Source of the DNA: an uncultured delta proteobacterium
Lineage (GTDB): Bacteria > Desulfobacterota > Binatia > JACPRU01
Assembly (NCBI GenBank): GCA_963790365.1
Contig: CAWBOU010000052.1
Span: 13,339 to 77,338, forward strand
Length of the DNA stretch: 64,000 bases
Direction: 5' to 3'
The position numbers and the translations under genes are program-made. A model generated the notes under the pieces. The model was not told where the DNA came from. It did no database searches and saw only the letters and a program-made list of their open reading frames with translations. Positions 28,099-37,379 of this stretch are shown piece by piece (the first letter of the stretch is position 1; each line of letters starts with the position of its first letter).

Positions 28099-28308
28099 TC
28101 AGCGAGCCGGCTGACCCGTTCGGCCGGGCGCGGTGTAGGAGGGTGGGTCGCTCGCCGGGAACGAATCCATCGACGCTTCGTCGACGGCCCGGTCGGCGAT
28201 CGTCCAGCGCCGGCGCTTCGTACGGCGCACGATCGCGCCGAGCGCGATCGCGAATGCGCAGAGCGAACCGACGAGCACCGGGAGGGCGGTGGAGGACGAG
28301 CTCCGCAT
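28099..28308 (-). CDS. small single-TM protein with C-terminal SFPASDPP motif
   Basis: 69 aa: MRSSSSTALPVLVGSLCAFAIALGAIVRRTKRRRW...DEASMDSFPASDPPSY. ATG lies 6 nt after the upstream stop. Confidence 0.55.
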   Translation of the reverse strand: MRSSSSTALPVLVGSLCAFAIALGAIVRRTKRRRWTIADRAVDEASMDSFPASDPPSYTAPGRTGQPAR

Positions 28309-28313
28309 GATTC

Positions 28314-29036
28314 TCAGTGTCGTCGATTCCGGTACTCGAGGCCGCGGTCGAAGCCGCGCTGATAGGCCGCGTCGCTGCCTTCCGCGCCGTAGCCTTCGCG
28401 ACTCGAATCGCCGCGCGGCGATTCGCTGGCGCGGTTCCCGCCGCGAAGCGCCGTCTCGAAGCCGTTTCGGAACGCCGCCTCGTCGGCCGCGAAGTCGCCG
28501 CCGTCGTACTTTTCGGCTTCGGCGTCGCGCACGCCGACCCACCAGTTCTCGCGTGCGGCATCCACGGACTCGGCGCCTTCTTCCTTGAGCACCTGGCGAG
28601 CCTGCTCCTCCTCGGTGTCGTCCTCGACGAGCGCGATGAGCACGATGCGGCCTTGCGCGAGCGCATCCTCGTAGACGTACATCTCGTCGATCGGCGGTCC
28701 GTCGTACGACTCGCGGTCGGCGACCTCGCCGAGCTTCCAGCCGGCATAGCCCGCGCCGGCGCCGAGCACGGCCGCCGCGGCCGCCCCGAGCGCGGTCACG
28801 GCGCCGACGCCGGGGATGACGAGGCCGAGGCCGAGCCCGAGCGTGCCCGCGACGACTCCGCCGAGCGCGCCGCCGACCGGCGCCATGTCCTCGGTCGCGG
28901 GTACCTCTTTCGGGATGCTGTGCCCCTCGCCCGGTACGAGCAGGCTCACGTGATCGTCTCCGACGATCGGCACGAGCCGATCGGCGGCATGAGCGCCGTC
29001 TTCGACGGCGCGGAAGATTCCGGTCACCGCTAACAT
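28314..29036 (-). CDS. general-stress (YflT-like) domain protein with central glycine-zipper membrane segment
   Basis: 240 aa. VTGIFRAVEDGAHAADRL and IALVEDDTEEEQARQVLKEEGA modules flank GGALGGVVAGTLGLGLGLVIPGVGAVTALGAAAAAVLGAGAG. Confidence 0.55.
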   Translation of the reverse strand: MLAVTGIFRAVEDGAHAADRLVPIVGDDHVSLLVPGEGHSIPKEVPATEDMAPVGGALGGVVAGTLGLGLGLVIPGVGAVTALGAAAAAVLGAGAGYAGWKLGEVADRESYDGPPIDEMYVYEDALAQGRIVLIALVEDDTEEEQARQVLKEEGAESVDAARENWWVGVRDAEAEKYDGGDFAADEAAFRNGFETALRGGNRASESPRGDSSREGYGAEGSDAAYQRGFDRGLEYRNRRH

Positions 29037-29120
29037 GCCCTGTTAGAACCCCGGGCGGAGGCGAATGTTTCAGCGTCGTCACCCGGTTGTGGACCGGGTG
29101 TTCGAACACCGAGGGGGATC

Positions 29121-30263
29121 GTGTCTCCAATGCGTGTCGGCGTCACCGGATCCTACGGCGGGCTCAATCTCGGCGACGAAGCGATCCTCCAGGTCGTGCT
29201 GAACGAGCTCCGGCGCGTGATTCCCGGGGTCGAGGTGACCGTGTTCTCGCGGAACGCCGAGGACACGCAAGCCCGCCACCCTTGGACGCGTGCGGTCGAG
29301 GTTCGTGAGCTTTCGCGGAGCGAGGTCCTCCCGGAAATCGAAGCGCTCGACCTCATGGTGCTCGGCGGCGGCGGGGTCCTCTTCGACGGCGAGGGCGAGC
29401 TCTTCGTGCGGGAGCTGTTGCACGCGCAGGAGATCGGCGTGCCGACGGTCGTCTACGGTGCGGGCGCCGGTCCCCTCGAGCGCCCGGAGACACGGAAGCT
29501 CGTCTGCACGGCGCTCGAGCGCGCTCGGGCCGTCACCGTGCGCGAGCGGCATGCGCTGCAAGTGCTCGAGGGAATCGGCGTCCGCCGGCCGATCGAGGTG
29601 ACCGCCGATCCTGCCTTCTTGCTCGAGCCCGAGCCGCTTCCGCCGGACACGATGAAGCGCGAGGGCCTCGACAGCGGCCGGCGCCTGATCGGCCTCTCGG
29701 TCCGTGAGCGCGGCGCCGCGGCGCCCGACATCGAAGAGGCGCACTACCATGCGCTCCTCGCGAACGCGGCCGATTACATGGTCGATCGGCTCGATGCCGA
29801 CCTCGTCTTCGTACCGATGGAGCGGAAGGTCCTCGACGTCCAGCAGTCGCATAAGGTGATCGCTCTCATGGCGTTCGCGGACCGCGCGACCGTGCTGAAG
29901 GGCGACTATACGCCGGGGCAAGTCGCATCGCTCGTCGGGAACTTCGACTTCGCCGTCGGCATGCGGCTTCACTTCCTGATCTTCGCGACGCTGCAGAAGG
30001 TGCCGTTCGTCGCGCTTCCCTATGCCGGCAAGGTGATGGGGCTCCTCGAGGCGATGGACCTCGAGGCGCCGCCGATGCAGGTCGTGAATCCGGGCCGCTT
30101 GATCGCGCACATCGACCGCTCGTGGGACATGCGGCGCGACCTCGCGGAACGGATCGCGAAAACCCTCCCCGAGCTCAAGCAGCGCGCGCGCGAGAACACC
30201 GCGATGCTCGTCCGAGTGCTCGAAGAGGCGAAGCCGCGCGGTGACGGCGCGAGCGTGAGCTGA
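29121..30263 (+). CDS. polysaccharide pyruvyl transferase family protein
   Basis: MRVGVTGSYGGLNLGDEAIL N-terminus and overall layout fit the CsaB/WcaK-like family. Purine-rich RBS-like GAGGGGGA lies upstream. Start is GTG 29121 or ATG 29130. Confidence 0.7.
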   Translation: MSPMRVGVTGSYGGLNLGDEAILQVVLNELRRVIPGVEVTVFSRNAEDTQARHPWTRAVEVRELSRSEVLPEIEALDLMVLGGGGVLFDGEGELFVRELLHAQEIGVPTVVYGAGAGPLERPETRKLVCTALERARAVTVRERHALQVLEGIGVRRPIEVTADPAFLLEPEPLPPDTMKREGLDSGRRLIGLSVRERGAAAPDIEEAHYHALLANAADYMVDRLDADLVFVPMERKVLDVQQSHKVIALMAFADRATVLKGDYTPGQVASLVGNFDFAVGMRLHFLIFATLQKVPFVALPYAGKVMGLLEAMDLEAPPMQVVNPGRLIAHIDRSWDMRRDLAERIAKTLPELKQRARENTAMLVRVLEEAKPRGDGASVS

Positions 30264-31675
30264 TGCCGGTCCTCGCCCGGCCCGCAACGGAGCGTTGGAC
30301 GGAGCTCCCGGCGCGACGTGCGCGCATCGCGGCCGAGCCCGACGTGCTCGTGGTCGGCGGCGGGCCCGCCGGTCTCGGCGCGGCGCTCGGCGCGGCCGGG
30401 GTCGGCGCGAAGGTCGTGCTCGCCGAGCGCTACGGATTCCTCGGCGGCAACGCGACCGCCGCGCTCGTGATGCCGCTCATGTCTTTCCACACGCAGCGCG
30501 CCGCGGCGCAGCCCGGCCGCGCCGCGCCGCTCATGCCCTCGGATCACGGCCCGGGCGAGCCCATCGTGAAAGGCGCGCTGCAGACGTTTCTCGATCGCCT
30601 CGTCCAGGCGGGCGGCGCGCTGCCGCCGTCCGAGACGACCGGCTTCGTCGTGCCGTTCGACCCGGAGATCTTCAAGCTCGTCGCGCTCGACCTCCTCGAC
30701 GAAGCCGGCGTCGATCTCCTGCTCCACGCCTTCGCCGCGTCGGTGGTCGGTCCGACAGCGAAGCCCGAAGGCGTCGTCTTCGAGACGAAGTCCGGCCCGC
30801 TCGTCATTCGCGCAGGCGCGATCGTCGACGGCACCGGCGACGGCGACATCGCCGCGCTCGCCGGCGCGTCGTTCGACGTCGGGCGCGAGTCCGACGGGCT
30901 CGTGCAGCCGATGACGCTGATGTTCCGCATGGTCGAGTTCGAGCGCACCGCGTTCGACGCGTACGTGCGCGAGAATCCGGATCAATGGCGCGGAGTGCAC
31001 GGCCTCTGGGATCTCGTGCGCAAGGCGGCGGAGGCCGGCGAGCTCGATCTGCCCCGCGAGGATCTGCTCTTCTTCGCGACGCCTCACGAGCACGAGCTCA
31101 GCGTCAATTCGACGCGCGTGACCGGCGTGCTCGGCGTCGACGTGTGGGATCTCACCTACGCGGAATGGCGGAGCCATCGGCAGATGCGCGAGATCGCGCG
31201 GTTTCTCCGGCGGCACGTTCCGGGCTTTGCGAAGTCGTACATCGCGCAGAGCGGCGTGCACGTCGGCGTCCGCGAGACGCGCCGGATCCACGGCGAGTAC
31301 CGGCTGACCGTCGACGACGTCCTCGGCGCGAAGAAGTTTCCCGACGCGATCGCGCGCGGCGCGTATCCGGTGGACATCCACAATCCGGCGGGGAAGGGCA
31401 CCGTGCTGAGGCGGCTGCCGTTCGGCGAATTCTACGAGATCCCGCTTCGATGTCTGCTGCCGCTCGGAGTCGAGCGCGTGCTCGTCGCCGGGCGCTGCAT
31501 CTCCGGCACGCACGAGGCACATTCGTCGTACCGCGTGATGGCCATCGCGATGGCGACGGGGCAGGCCGCGGGCGTCTGTGCGGCGCTCGCCGCCCGCGAC
31601 GGCAAGCTCGCCCGCGACGTCGCGCCGGCAGCGGTCCGCGAAGAGCTCCGCAAGCAGAAGGCCGATCTCGTTTGA
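30263..31675 (+). CDS. FAD-dependent oxidoreductase
   Basis: DVLVVGGGPAGLGAALGAA dinucleotide motif. 470 aa. 1-nt overlap with the upstream stop. Confidence 0.8.
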   Translation: MPVLARPATERWTELPARRARIAAEPDVLVVGGGPAGLGAALGAAGVGAKVVLAERYGFLGGNATAALVMPLMSFHTQRAAAQPGRAAPLMPSDHGPGEPIVKGALQTFLDRLVQAGGALPPSETTGFVVPFDPEIFKLVALDLLDEAGVDLLLHAFAASVVGPTAKPEGVVFETKSGPLVIRAGAIVDGTGDGDIAALAGASFDVGRESDGLVQPMTLMFRMVEFERTAFDAYVRENPDQWRGVHGLWDLVRKAAEAGELDLPREDLLFFATPHEHELSVNSTRVTGVLGVDVWDLTYAEWRSHRQMREIARFLRRHVPGFAKSYIAQSGVHVGVRETRRIHGEYRLTVDDVLGAKKFPDAIARGAYPVDIHNPAGKGTVLRRLPFGEFYEIPLRCLLPLGVERVLVAGRCISGTHEAHSSYRVMAIAMATGQAAGVCAALAARDGKLARDVAPAAVREELRKQKADLV

Positions 31676-31707
31676 CTCGGCGTCCGCGCGGGGGCAACGC
31701 TCCCGCC

Positions 31708-32559
31708 ATGAAATTCGCCCTCATGTTCGCGAACGTCGGTCCGTTCATGTTTCCCGACAGCCTCGCCCGTCTCGCGCAGACGGCGGAGGAGGTCGGCATC
31801 GAATCGATGTGGACGGTCGAGCACGTGGTGATCCCGGTCGGCTACCAGTCGGAATATCCGTATGCGAAAGGCGGCAAGATGCCGGGCGGCGAGGCGCTGC
31901 CCCTGCCGGACCCGTTGCTCCCGCTCGCGTTCGTCGCGGCCGTGACGAAGAAGATCCGGCTCGCGACGGGCGTGATGATTCTGCCGCAACGGCATCCGGC
32001 GTACGTCGCAAAGGAGGTCGCCACGCTCGATCTCCTGTCGAACGGGCGGATGATCCTCGGCGTCGGGAGCGGATGGCTCGCCGAGGAGTTCGCGACCGTC
32101 GGCGTGCCGTTCCACGAGCGCGGCGCGCGCACGAACGAGGCGATTCGTGCGATCCGCTCGCTCTGGAAGGACGGCGCCGAGCCGTTCGACGGCAAGTACT
32201 ACAAGTGGGCGGCGGTCGAATCGAACCCGAAGCCGGTGCAGAAGCCGGGCGTGCCGATCGTGATCGGGGGACACTCGGCGGCCGCAGCGAAGCGTGCGGC
32301 ACGGCTCGGCGACGGCTTCTTCCCGGCGAGAGGGCTCGCCGAGCTGCTCCCGACACTCCGCGAGGAGTGCGAGAAGATCGGCCGCAAGCCCGAGACGGTC
32401 GAGCTCACGACGGGCGCCGGCAAGACCGACGTCGACGTCGCGCGCCGCCACGAGGACATGGGCGTCGCCCGCCTCACGGTGAACCCGGCCGGCTTCGACG
32501 AGGAGAGCGTCCGCGCCGGGCTGATCGAGTTCGGCGACAAGGTGATCGCCAAACTCTAG
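31708..32559 (+). CDS. LLM class (F420-dependent-type) oxidoreductase
   Basis: Internal ATG at 31708 reads MKFALMFANVGPF...SMWTVEHVV...LDLLSNGRMILGVGSGW. 283 aa. Confidence 0.8.
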   Translation: MKFALMFANVGPFMFPDSLARLAQTAEEVGIESMWTVEHVVIPVGYQSEYPYAKGGKMPGGEALPLPDPLLPLAFVAAVTKKIRLATGVMILPQRHPAYVAKEVATLDLLSNGRMILGVGSGWLAEEFATVGVPFHERGARTNEAIRAIRSLWKDGAEPFDGKYYKWAAVESNPKPVQKPGVPIVIGGHSAAAAKRAARLGDGFFPARGLAELLPTLREECEKIGRKPETVELTTGAGKTDVDVARRHEDMGVARLTVNPAGFDEESVRAGLIEFGDKVIAKL

Positions 32560-32591
32560 TTCTGGCGACGGCGCCATCGGCGGCACGATTT

Positions 32592-32630
32592 CTCACCCCT
32601 CGGGCTTTCGCCCGACCCCCTGAGGGGGTA
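32592..32630 (+). repeat. ~40-nt hairpin repeat, copy 2
   Basis: ctcacccctcgggctttcgcccgaccccctgagggggta, 33 nt downstream of the LLM stop. Confidence 0.85.
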
Positions 32631-32662
32631 GCCGTCGTCGCCGGGGACCGCTCGGGATCTCC

Positions 32663-33349
32663 TCACGCCGGTGCCACGTAGCGCAGCATGAAGACGAAGT
32701 GCGCGGCGCTGCCGCCGAGCACGAAGAGATGGAAGATCTCGTGGAAGCCGAACACGCGCGGGAACGGGTTCGGACGGCGTGTCGCGTAGATGACGGCGCC
32801 CGCCGTGTAGAGGAGTCCGCCCGCGAGTAGCCAGAGTAGCCCGCCCACCGGCACGGCTTGCACCATCGGCACGATGGCGACCACCGCGACCCATCCCATC
32901 GCGAGGTAGATCGCTGCCGAGGTCCAGCGCGGGAGCGACGGGAAGCCGAGCTTCAGGATCGTCCCCGCGAGGGCCGCGCTCCAGACGAGCCCGAGCATCG
33001 TCCAACCCCATCCGCCTCGCAGCGTGACCAGACAGATCGGCGTGTAGCTACCGGCGATGAGCACGAAGATCGCCACGTGATCGATGCGGTTCAACCACCT
33101 GCGCGTCGCGAACGGCACGAGCGCCCAGTGGAGAGCGGTGCTCGCCAGGTAGAGAAGCACGAGGCTCGCGCCGTAGATCGAGAAGCCGACGAGGCGCCAC
33201 CCATCGTCGCGCGACGCGCCGACGAGCACGACGACCGCGGCGATCGAGAGTGCGACGCCGAAGAGATGGGAATAGGAGCTGAACGGCTCGACCGGGCGGC
33301 GGCGCGAGCGCCGGGGACGTCGACGAGTGCTGGCGCGGGCAGGGGACAC
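32663..33349 (-). CDS. hemolysin III / PAQR family membrane protein
   Basis: 7 TM segments, NRIDHVAIFVLIAGSYTP...HEIFHLFVLGG motifs. GTG start at 33349 shares 1 nt with the TetR TAG stop. Confidence 0.8.
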   Translation of the reverse strand: MSPARASTRRRPRRSRRRPVEPFSSYSHLFGVALSIAAVVVLVGASRDDGWRLVGFSIYGASLVLLYLASTALHWALVPFATRRWLNRIDHVAIFVLIAGSYTPICLVTLRGGWGWTMLGLVWSAALAGTILKLGFPSLPRWTSAAIYLAMGWVAVVAIVPMVQAVPVGGLLWLLAGGLLYTAGAVIYATRRPNPFPRVFGFHEIFHLFVLGGSAAHFVFMLRYVAPA

Positions 33350-33975
33350 TAGGAGAGCCCGAGGATGCCGACCGCGAATCGCGTCAGCACTTCGACGACC
33401 GCATCGAGACTCTTGTAACGACCCTCGACGAGGGCGAGCCCGAGCGCCTCGACTTGACCGATCATCGCCTCGGCCGTCATCTCGAGCGCCTCGCGCTCGG
33501 ATGCCGTCGAAGACGGGAGCCCGAGACGAGCGAGGTCCTCGGCGAGGTCGCGACGGAGCTCTTCGCGGAGGCTCCGCGCCTTCTCGCCGAGCGGTGATTC
33601 CGGCTCGTGCAGCTCGCGCGCGTAGACGCGGAAGATCGCCGGGTTCTCGAGGAACGTCTGGAGGGGGATGCGGAACGTCTCGCGCACGGCATCGATGCCC
33701 TCGCCGAGACGCACGCGTTCGCGCGCTTCCTTGAGGCGCGCGCGAAGGCCGCCGATCCGCTCGTCGGCGAGCGCGCGAACGAGGTCGTCCTTGTCGCGGA
33801 AGTGGACATAGAAGGTCGGCTGAGCGACGCCGGCCGCGCGCGAGACGGCGCTCGCGGCGAGGCCGCCGTAGCCGCTCTCGCCGAGAAGCTGCGCGGCGGC
33901 ATCGAGCAGCCGACGGCGGGTGATGAGCTTCGCCTCCTCGCGGCTGAGCGATCGGGCCGGACCGGCAGTCGTCAT
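33349..33975 (-). CDS. TetR/AcrR family transcriptional regulator
   Basis: N-terminal HTH LLDAAAQLLGESGYGGLAASAVSRAAGVAQPTFYVHFRDKDDL. 208 aa. Confidence 0.85.
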   Translation of the reverse strand: MTTAGPARSLSREEAKLITRRRLLDAAAQLLGESGYGGLAASAVSRAAGVAQPTFYVHFRDKDDLVRALADERIGGLRARLKEARERVRLGEGIDAVRETFRIPLQTFLENPAIFRVYARELHEPESPLGEKARSLREELRRDLAEDLARLGLPSSTASEREALEMTAEAMIGQVEALGLALVEGRYKSLDAVVEVLTRFAVGILGLS

Positions 33976-33980
33976 AAGTC

Positions 33981-33998
33981 ACCGATAATACAATCGGT
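33981..33998. promoter_or_regulatory. candidate TetR operator 1 (ACCGAT-N6-ATCGGT)
   Basis: Inverted repeat in an AT-rich divergent intergenic region. 14/16 identical to the core of operator 2. Confidence 0.55.
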
Positions 33999-34046
33999 AT
34001 ATGGAGGCAAGGCGAAGGAAGAAAATACCTGTTGACTTGGATTATT

Positions 34047-34066
34047 CGCCGATAATAGTATCGGCG
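34047..34066. promoter_or_regulatory. candidate TetR operator 2 (CGCCGATA-N4-TATCGGCG)
   Basis: Inverted repeat ending 2 nt before the monooxygenase ATG. A TTGACT -35-like hexamer sits at 34032. Confidence 0.55.
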
Positions 34067-34068
34067 TC

Positions 34069-35590
34069 ATGGAGGACAGAGATTTGGCAACGAGCGACTT
34101 TCCGATCGTGATCATCGGCACCGGCTTCTCCGGCATCGCCATGGGCGTGCACCTCAAGCAGGCCGGCATCGATTCCTTCACCATCCTCGAGAAGGCCGAC
34201 GACATCGGCGGCACCTGGCGCGAGAACACCTACCCGGGCGCGGCCTGCGACGTGCCGTCCCATCTCTACTCCTTCTCGTTCGAGCCGAAGACCGACTGGA
34301 CGTACTCGTACTCGCCGCAGGAGGAGATCAAGGGCTACCTCCGGCACTGCGTCGAGAAGTACGACCTCGCCCGGCACATCCGCTTCGCGAGCAAGGTCGA
34401 TCGGCGCGTCGTTCGACGAAACGGATGGCACCTGGAGGGTCAGCGTCGAAGGCCGCGAGCCGATCCTCGCGCGTGCGGTCGTGCTCGGGAACGGCGCCCT
34501 CCATATTCCCTCGATGCCCGACATCCGCGGGCTCGACGAGTTCGAGGGCGAGCTCTTCCACTCGTCGCGCTGGAACCACGACTACGATCTCGAGGGCAAG
34601 ACGGTCGCCGTCGTCGGCACGGGTGCTTCCTCGATTCAGTTCGTGCCGCGGATCGCACCGAAGGTCGCGAAGCTCCATCTCTTCCAGCGGACGCCTCCGT
34701 GGATCATGCCGAAGGCCGACCGGCCGATGAAGGGCTGGGAGAAGAAGCTCTTCTCGTGGGTGCGGCCGCTCCACTGGCTCCACCGTGCCTTCCTCTACTG
34801 GATGCACGAGGTCCGCGTGCTCGGCTTCCTCTTCGACCCGCGCATCATGAAGGCGGCGGAGAAGATCGCGAAGAAGCACTTGGCTTCGGCGATCGAGGAT
34901 TCCCAGCTCCGCGCCAAGCTCACGCCCTCCTACACGATGGGCTGCAAGCGGATCCTCATCTCCAACGACTACTACCCGGCGGTCGCGCGGCCGAACGTCG
35001 ACGTCGTCACCGACGGCATCCTCCGTGTGACGAAGAGTGGCGTCATGACGCGCGATGGGCAGGAGCGGAAGGTCGACGCGATCATCTGCGGCACCGGCTT
35101 CAGCGCGACCGCGTACTTGGCCCCGCTCGACATCTACGGCCGCAGCGGCCGGAAGCTGAACGACGTGATCCAGGAGAAGCCCGATTCGTATCTCGGCATC
35201 ACCGTCAACGATTTCCCGAACCTCTTCCTGATGATGGGCCCGAACACCGGCCTCGGACACAACTCGATGGTGTTCATGATCGAGGCGCAGGCGCGCTACG
35301 CGCTGAAGGCCATCAAGGCGCTCCGCCGGAACAAGCTCTCCTTCATCGACGTGCGCGAGGACGTGCAGCACGCGTTTTCCGAAGGCTTGCAGGCGCGGCT
35401 CAAGAAGCACGGTGTGGAATTCCGGCTGTCAGAGCTGGTACCTGAAGGACGGCCACAACGCGACACTCTGGCCGGGCTTCACGTTCGCCTACTGGTGGCA
35501 GACGCGGAGCGTGCGGCTCGCCGACTACGAGCTCGTGCCGGAAGAGGCACCCATCGAGCTTCCGGAGGTCGCGCCGGCGCGCGCCGCGTA
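34069..35590 (+). pseudogene. Baeyer-Villiger / flavin-containing monooxygenase, 2 frameshifts
   Basis: Contains IVIIGTGFSGI, DIGGTWRENTYPGAACD and VVGTGASSIQ. Frame changes near 34400 and 35412. The tail WNSGCQSWYLKDGHNATLWPGFTF is in a third frame. Confidence 0.75.
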
Positions 35591-35681
35591 GAACGCGCGG
35601 CGTTCTATGCGGGGAGGGGACGTTCCTCTCCGGCTCGACGATCTCGATCTTCTCGTCGAAAGAGCCGAGGAGGAGCGTCCT

Positions 35682-36068
35682 TCACGACTTCTTCGCGTCC
35701 GCTTCGGCGAAGACTTCCGCGGCGATCCTGAGGCCGCCGACGCCGGTCGGCCAGCCCCCGTAGTGCGCGAGGTGGATCATCATCTCGTTGATCTTCTCCC
35801 GCGGGATGCCGATCCGGAGCGCGCCGCGGAGGTGCGTCTTCAGCTCGGGCTCGCGCGCGAGCACGGTGAGCGCCGCGATCGTGATCATCGATCGCTCTTT
35901 GAGCTCGAGCCCGGGCCGCGCCCAGATGTCGCCGAACAGGTTCTCGACCGTGATCCGCGAGAAGTCCTCCTGAGCGATCGGTCCCTGCGGCTGTCCCGGC
36001 TTCGGCTCGAAGCCGAAGAGCTGCTTCAGGATCGCCGCTCCCTTTTCGAATCGCGTCGCTTCCGCCAT
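35682..36068 (-). CDS. carboxymuconolactone decarboxylase (AhpD-like) family protein
   Basis: Start at internal ATG 36068 (MAEATRFEKG...). Contains RSMITIAALTVL...EMMIHLAHYGGWP. The upstream 17 codons are hairpin-repeat sequence. Confidence 0.8.
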   Translation of the reverse strand: MAEATRFEKGAAILKQLFGFEPKPGQPQGPIAQEDFSRITVENLFGDIWARPGLELKERSMITIAALTVLAREPELKTHLRGALRIGIPREKINEMMIHLAHYGGWPTGVGGLRIAAEVFAEADAKKS

Positions 36069-36096
36069 CTCGTCGTTCTCCTCTCCGCGAGTCTTG

Positions 36097-36141
36097 ATGA
36101 AGGGGACAGATCTATCCACTGAATAGATCCGTCCCCTTCAT
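36097..36141. repeat. 45-nt hairpin repeat, copy 1 (19-bp stem, 1 mismatch, loop CCACTGA)
   Basis: atgaaggggacagatctat-ccactga-atagatccgtccccttcat. A second copy is at 49565. Confidence 0.85.
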
Positions 36142-36191
36142 TGCGAAAGATCGCGCTTGACAGGTCGGCGGTCGCACCGAGAAATCGCCGG

Positions 36192-37376
36192 GTGCGACTC
36201 GGCTACAGCAAGGAACACGAAGCGCTCCGGAAGGAGATCCGCGAGTACTACGACGGGCTCCTCACGCCGGAGATCCTCGACGAGATCCGCCGCAGCGAGG
36301 GCGTCGGACCTCTGTCGCGCAAGGTCGTCCGCCAGATGGGCGAAGACGGGTGGCTCGGCATCGGCTGGCCGAAGGAATACGGCGGCCGCGGCATGACGCC
36401 GATCGAGCAGTTCATCTTCTTCGACGAGTCGATGCGCGCCGGCGCGCCGGTGCCGATGCTCACGGTCAACTCCGTCGCGCCGACGATCATGCACTACGGC
36501 TCCGACGGAGCAGAAGAAGTTCTACCTGCCGAAGATTCTCAAAGGCGAGATCCACTTCGCGATCGGCTACACCGAGCCTTCGGCGGGCACCGACCTCGCC
36601 TCGCTCACGACGAAGGCCGTCCGAGAAGGCGATCAATGGGTCGTGAACGGGCAGAAGATCTTCACGAGCCTCGCCACCGACGCCGACTACGTCTGGCTCG
36701 CGGTCCGCACGGATCCCGCTGCGCCGAAGCACCAAGGGGATCTCGATGATGATCGTACCGACGAGCACGCCGGGATTCCGCTGTGTACCCATCAAGAACA
36801 TGGGCGAGATCAACACGAACCAGACCTTCTACGACGACGTCCGCGTGCCGGTCGGAAACCTCGTCGGCAAGGAGAACGGCGGCTGGAAGCTGATCACCTC
36901 CAGCTGAACCACGAGCGCGTCACGCTCTGCAGCTCGGGGCTGATCGAGGGACCCTACGACGAGGTCGTCCGCTGGGCGAAGGAGACGCGCCTCGCCGACG
37001 GCAAGCGGCCGATCGATCAGCCCTGGGTGCAGCTCTACGCTCGCGCGGATCCACGCGCGGCTCGAGTTCCTGCGGCTCATGAACTTCAAGGTCGCGTGGA
37101 ACGCCGAGCAGGGCGAGCCGCTGAATCCGGCGCACGCCTCGACGATCAAGGTATTCGGCACCGAGTTCTACCTCGAGGCGCTGCCGCAGCATGCTCGAGA
37201 TCCTCGGGCCGGCGGGAACGTTCCGCGCCGGCTCTCCGGAAGCGGCGATCGGCGGGCGCGTCGGCTTTCTCCTTCGCTCCATCCACATCCTCACGTTCGG
37301 CGGCGGCACGAACGAGATGCAGCGCGATCTGATCGCGCTGTTCGGTCTCGGCATGCCCGTCATGCCGCGGTTTTAG
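36192..37376 (+). pseudogene. acyl-CoA dehydrogenase, at least 5 frameshifts
   Basis: ACAD segments sit in alternating frames, with shifts near 36500, 36745, 36896, 37040 and 37185. The C-terminus ILTFGGGTNEMQRDLIALFGLGMP is intact. GTG 36192 is the presumed start. Confidence 0.75.
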
Positions 37377-37379
37377 ATG

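Noticed and set aside
28099-31522. ORFs 28099..29130 (343 aa), 29079..30287 (402 aa) and 30020..31522 (500 aa) on the minus strand
   Set aside because: Only the last 69 codons of the first are plausible (the small SFPASDPP protein). The rest are Arg-rich antisense reads of the stress protein, pyruvyl transferase and FAD oxidoreductase genes.
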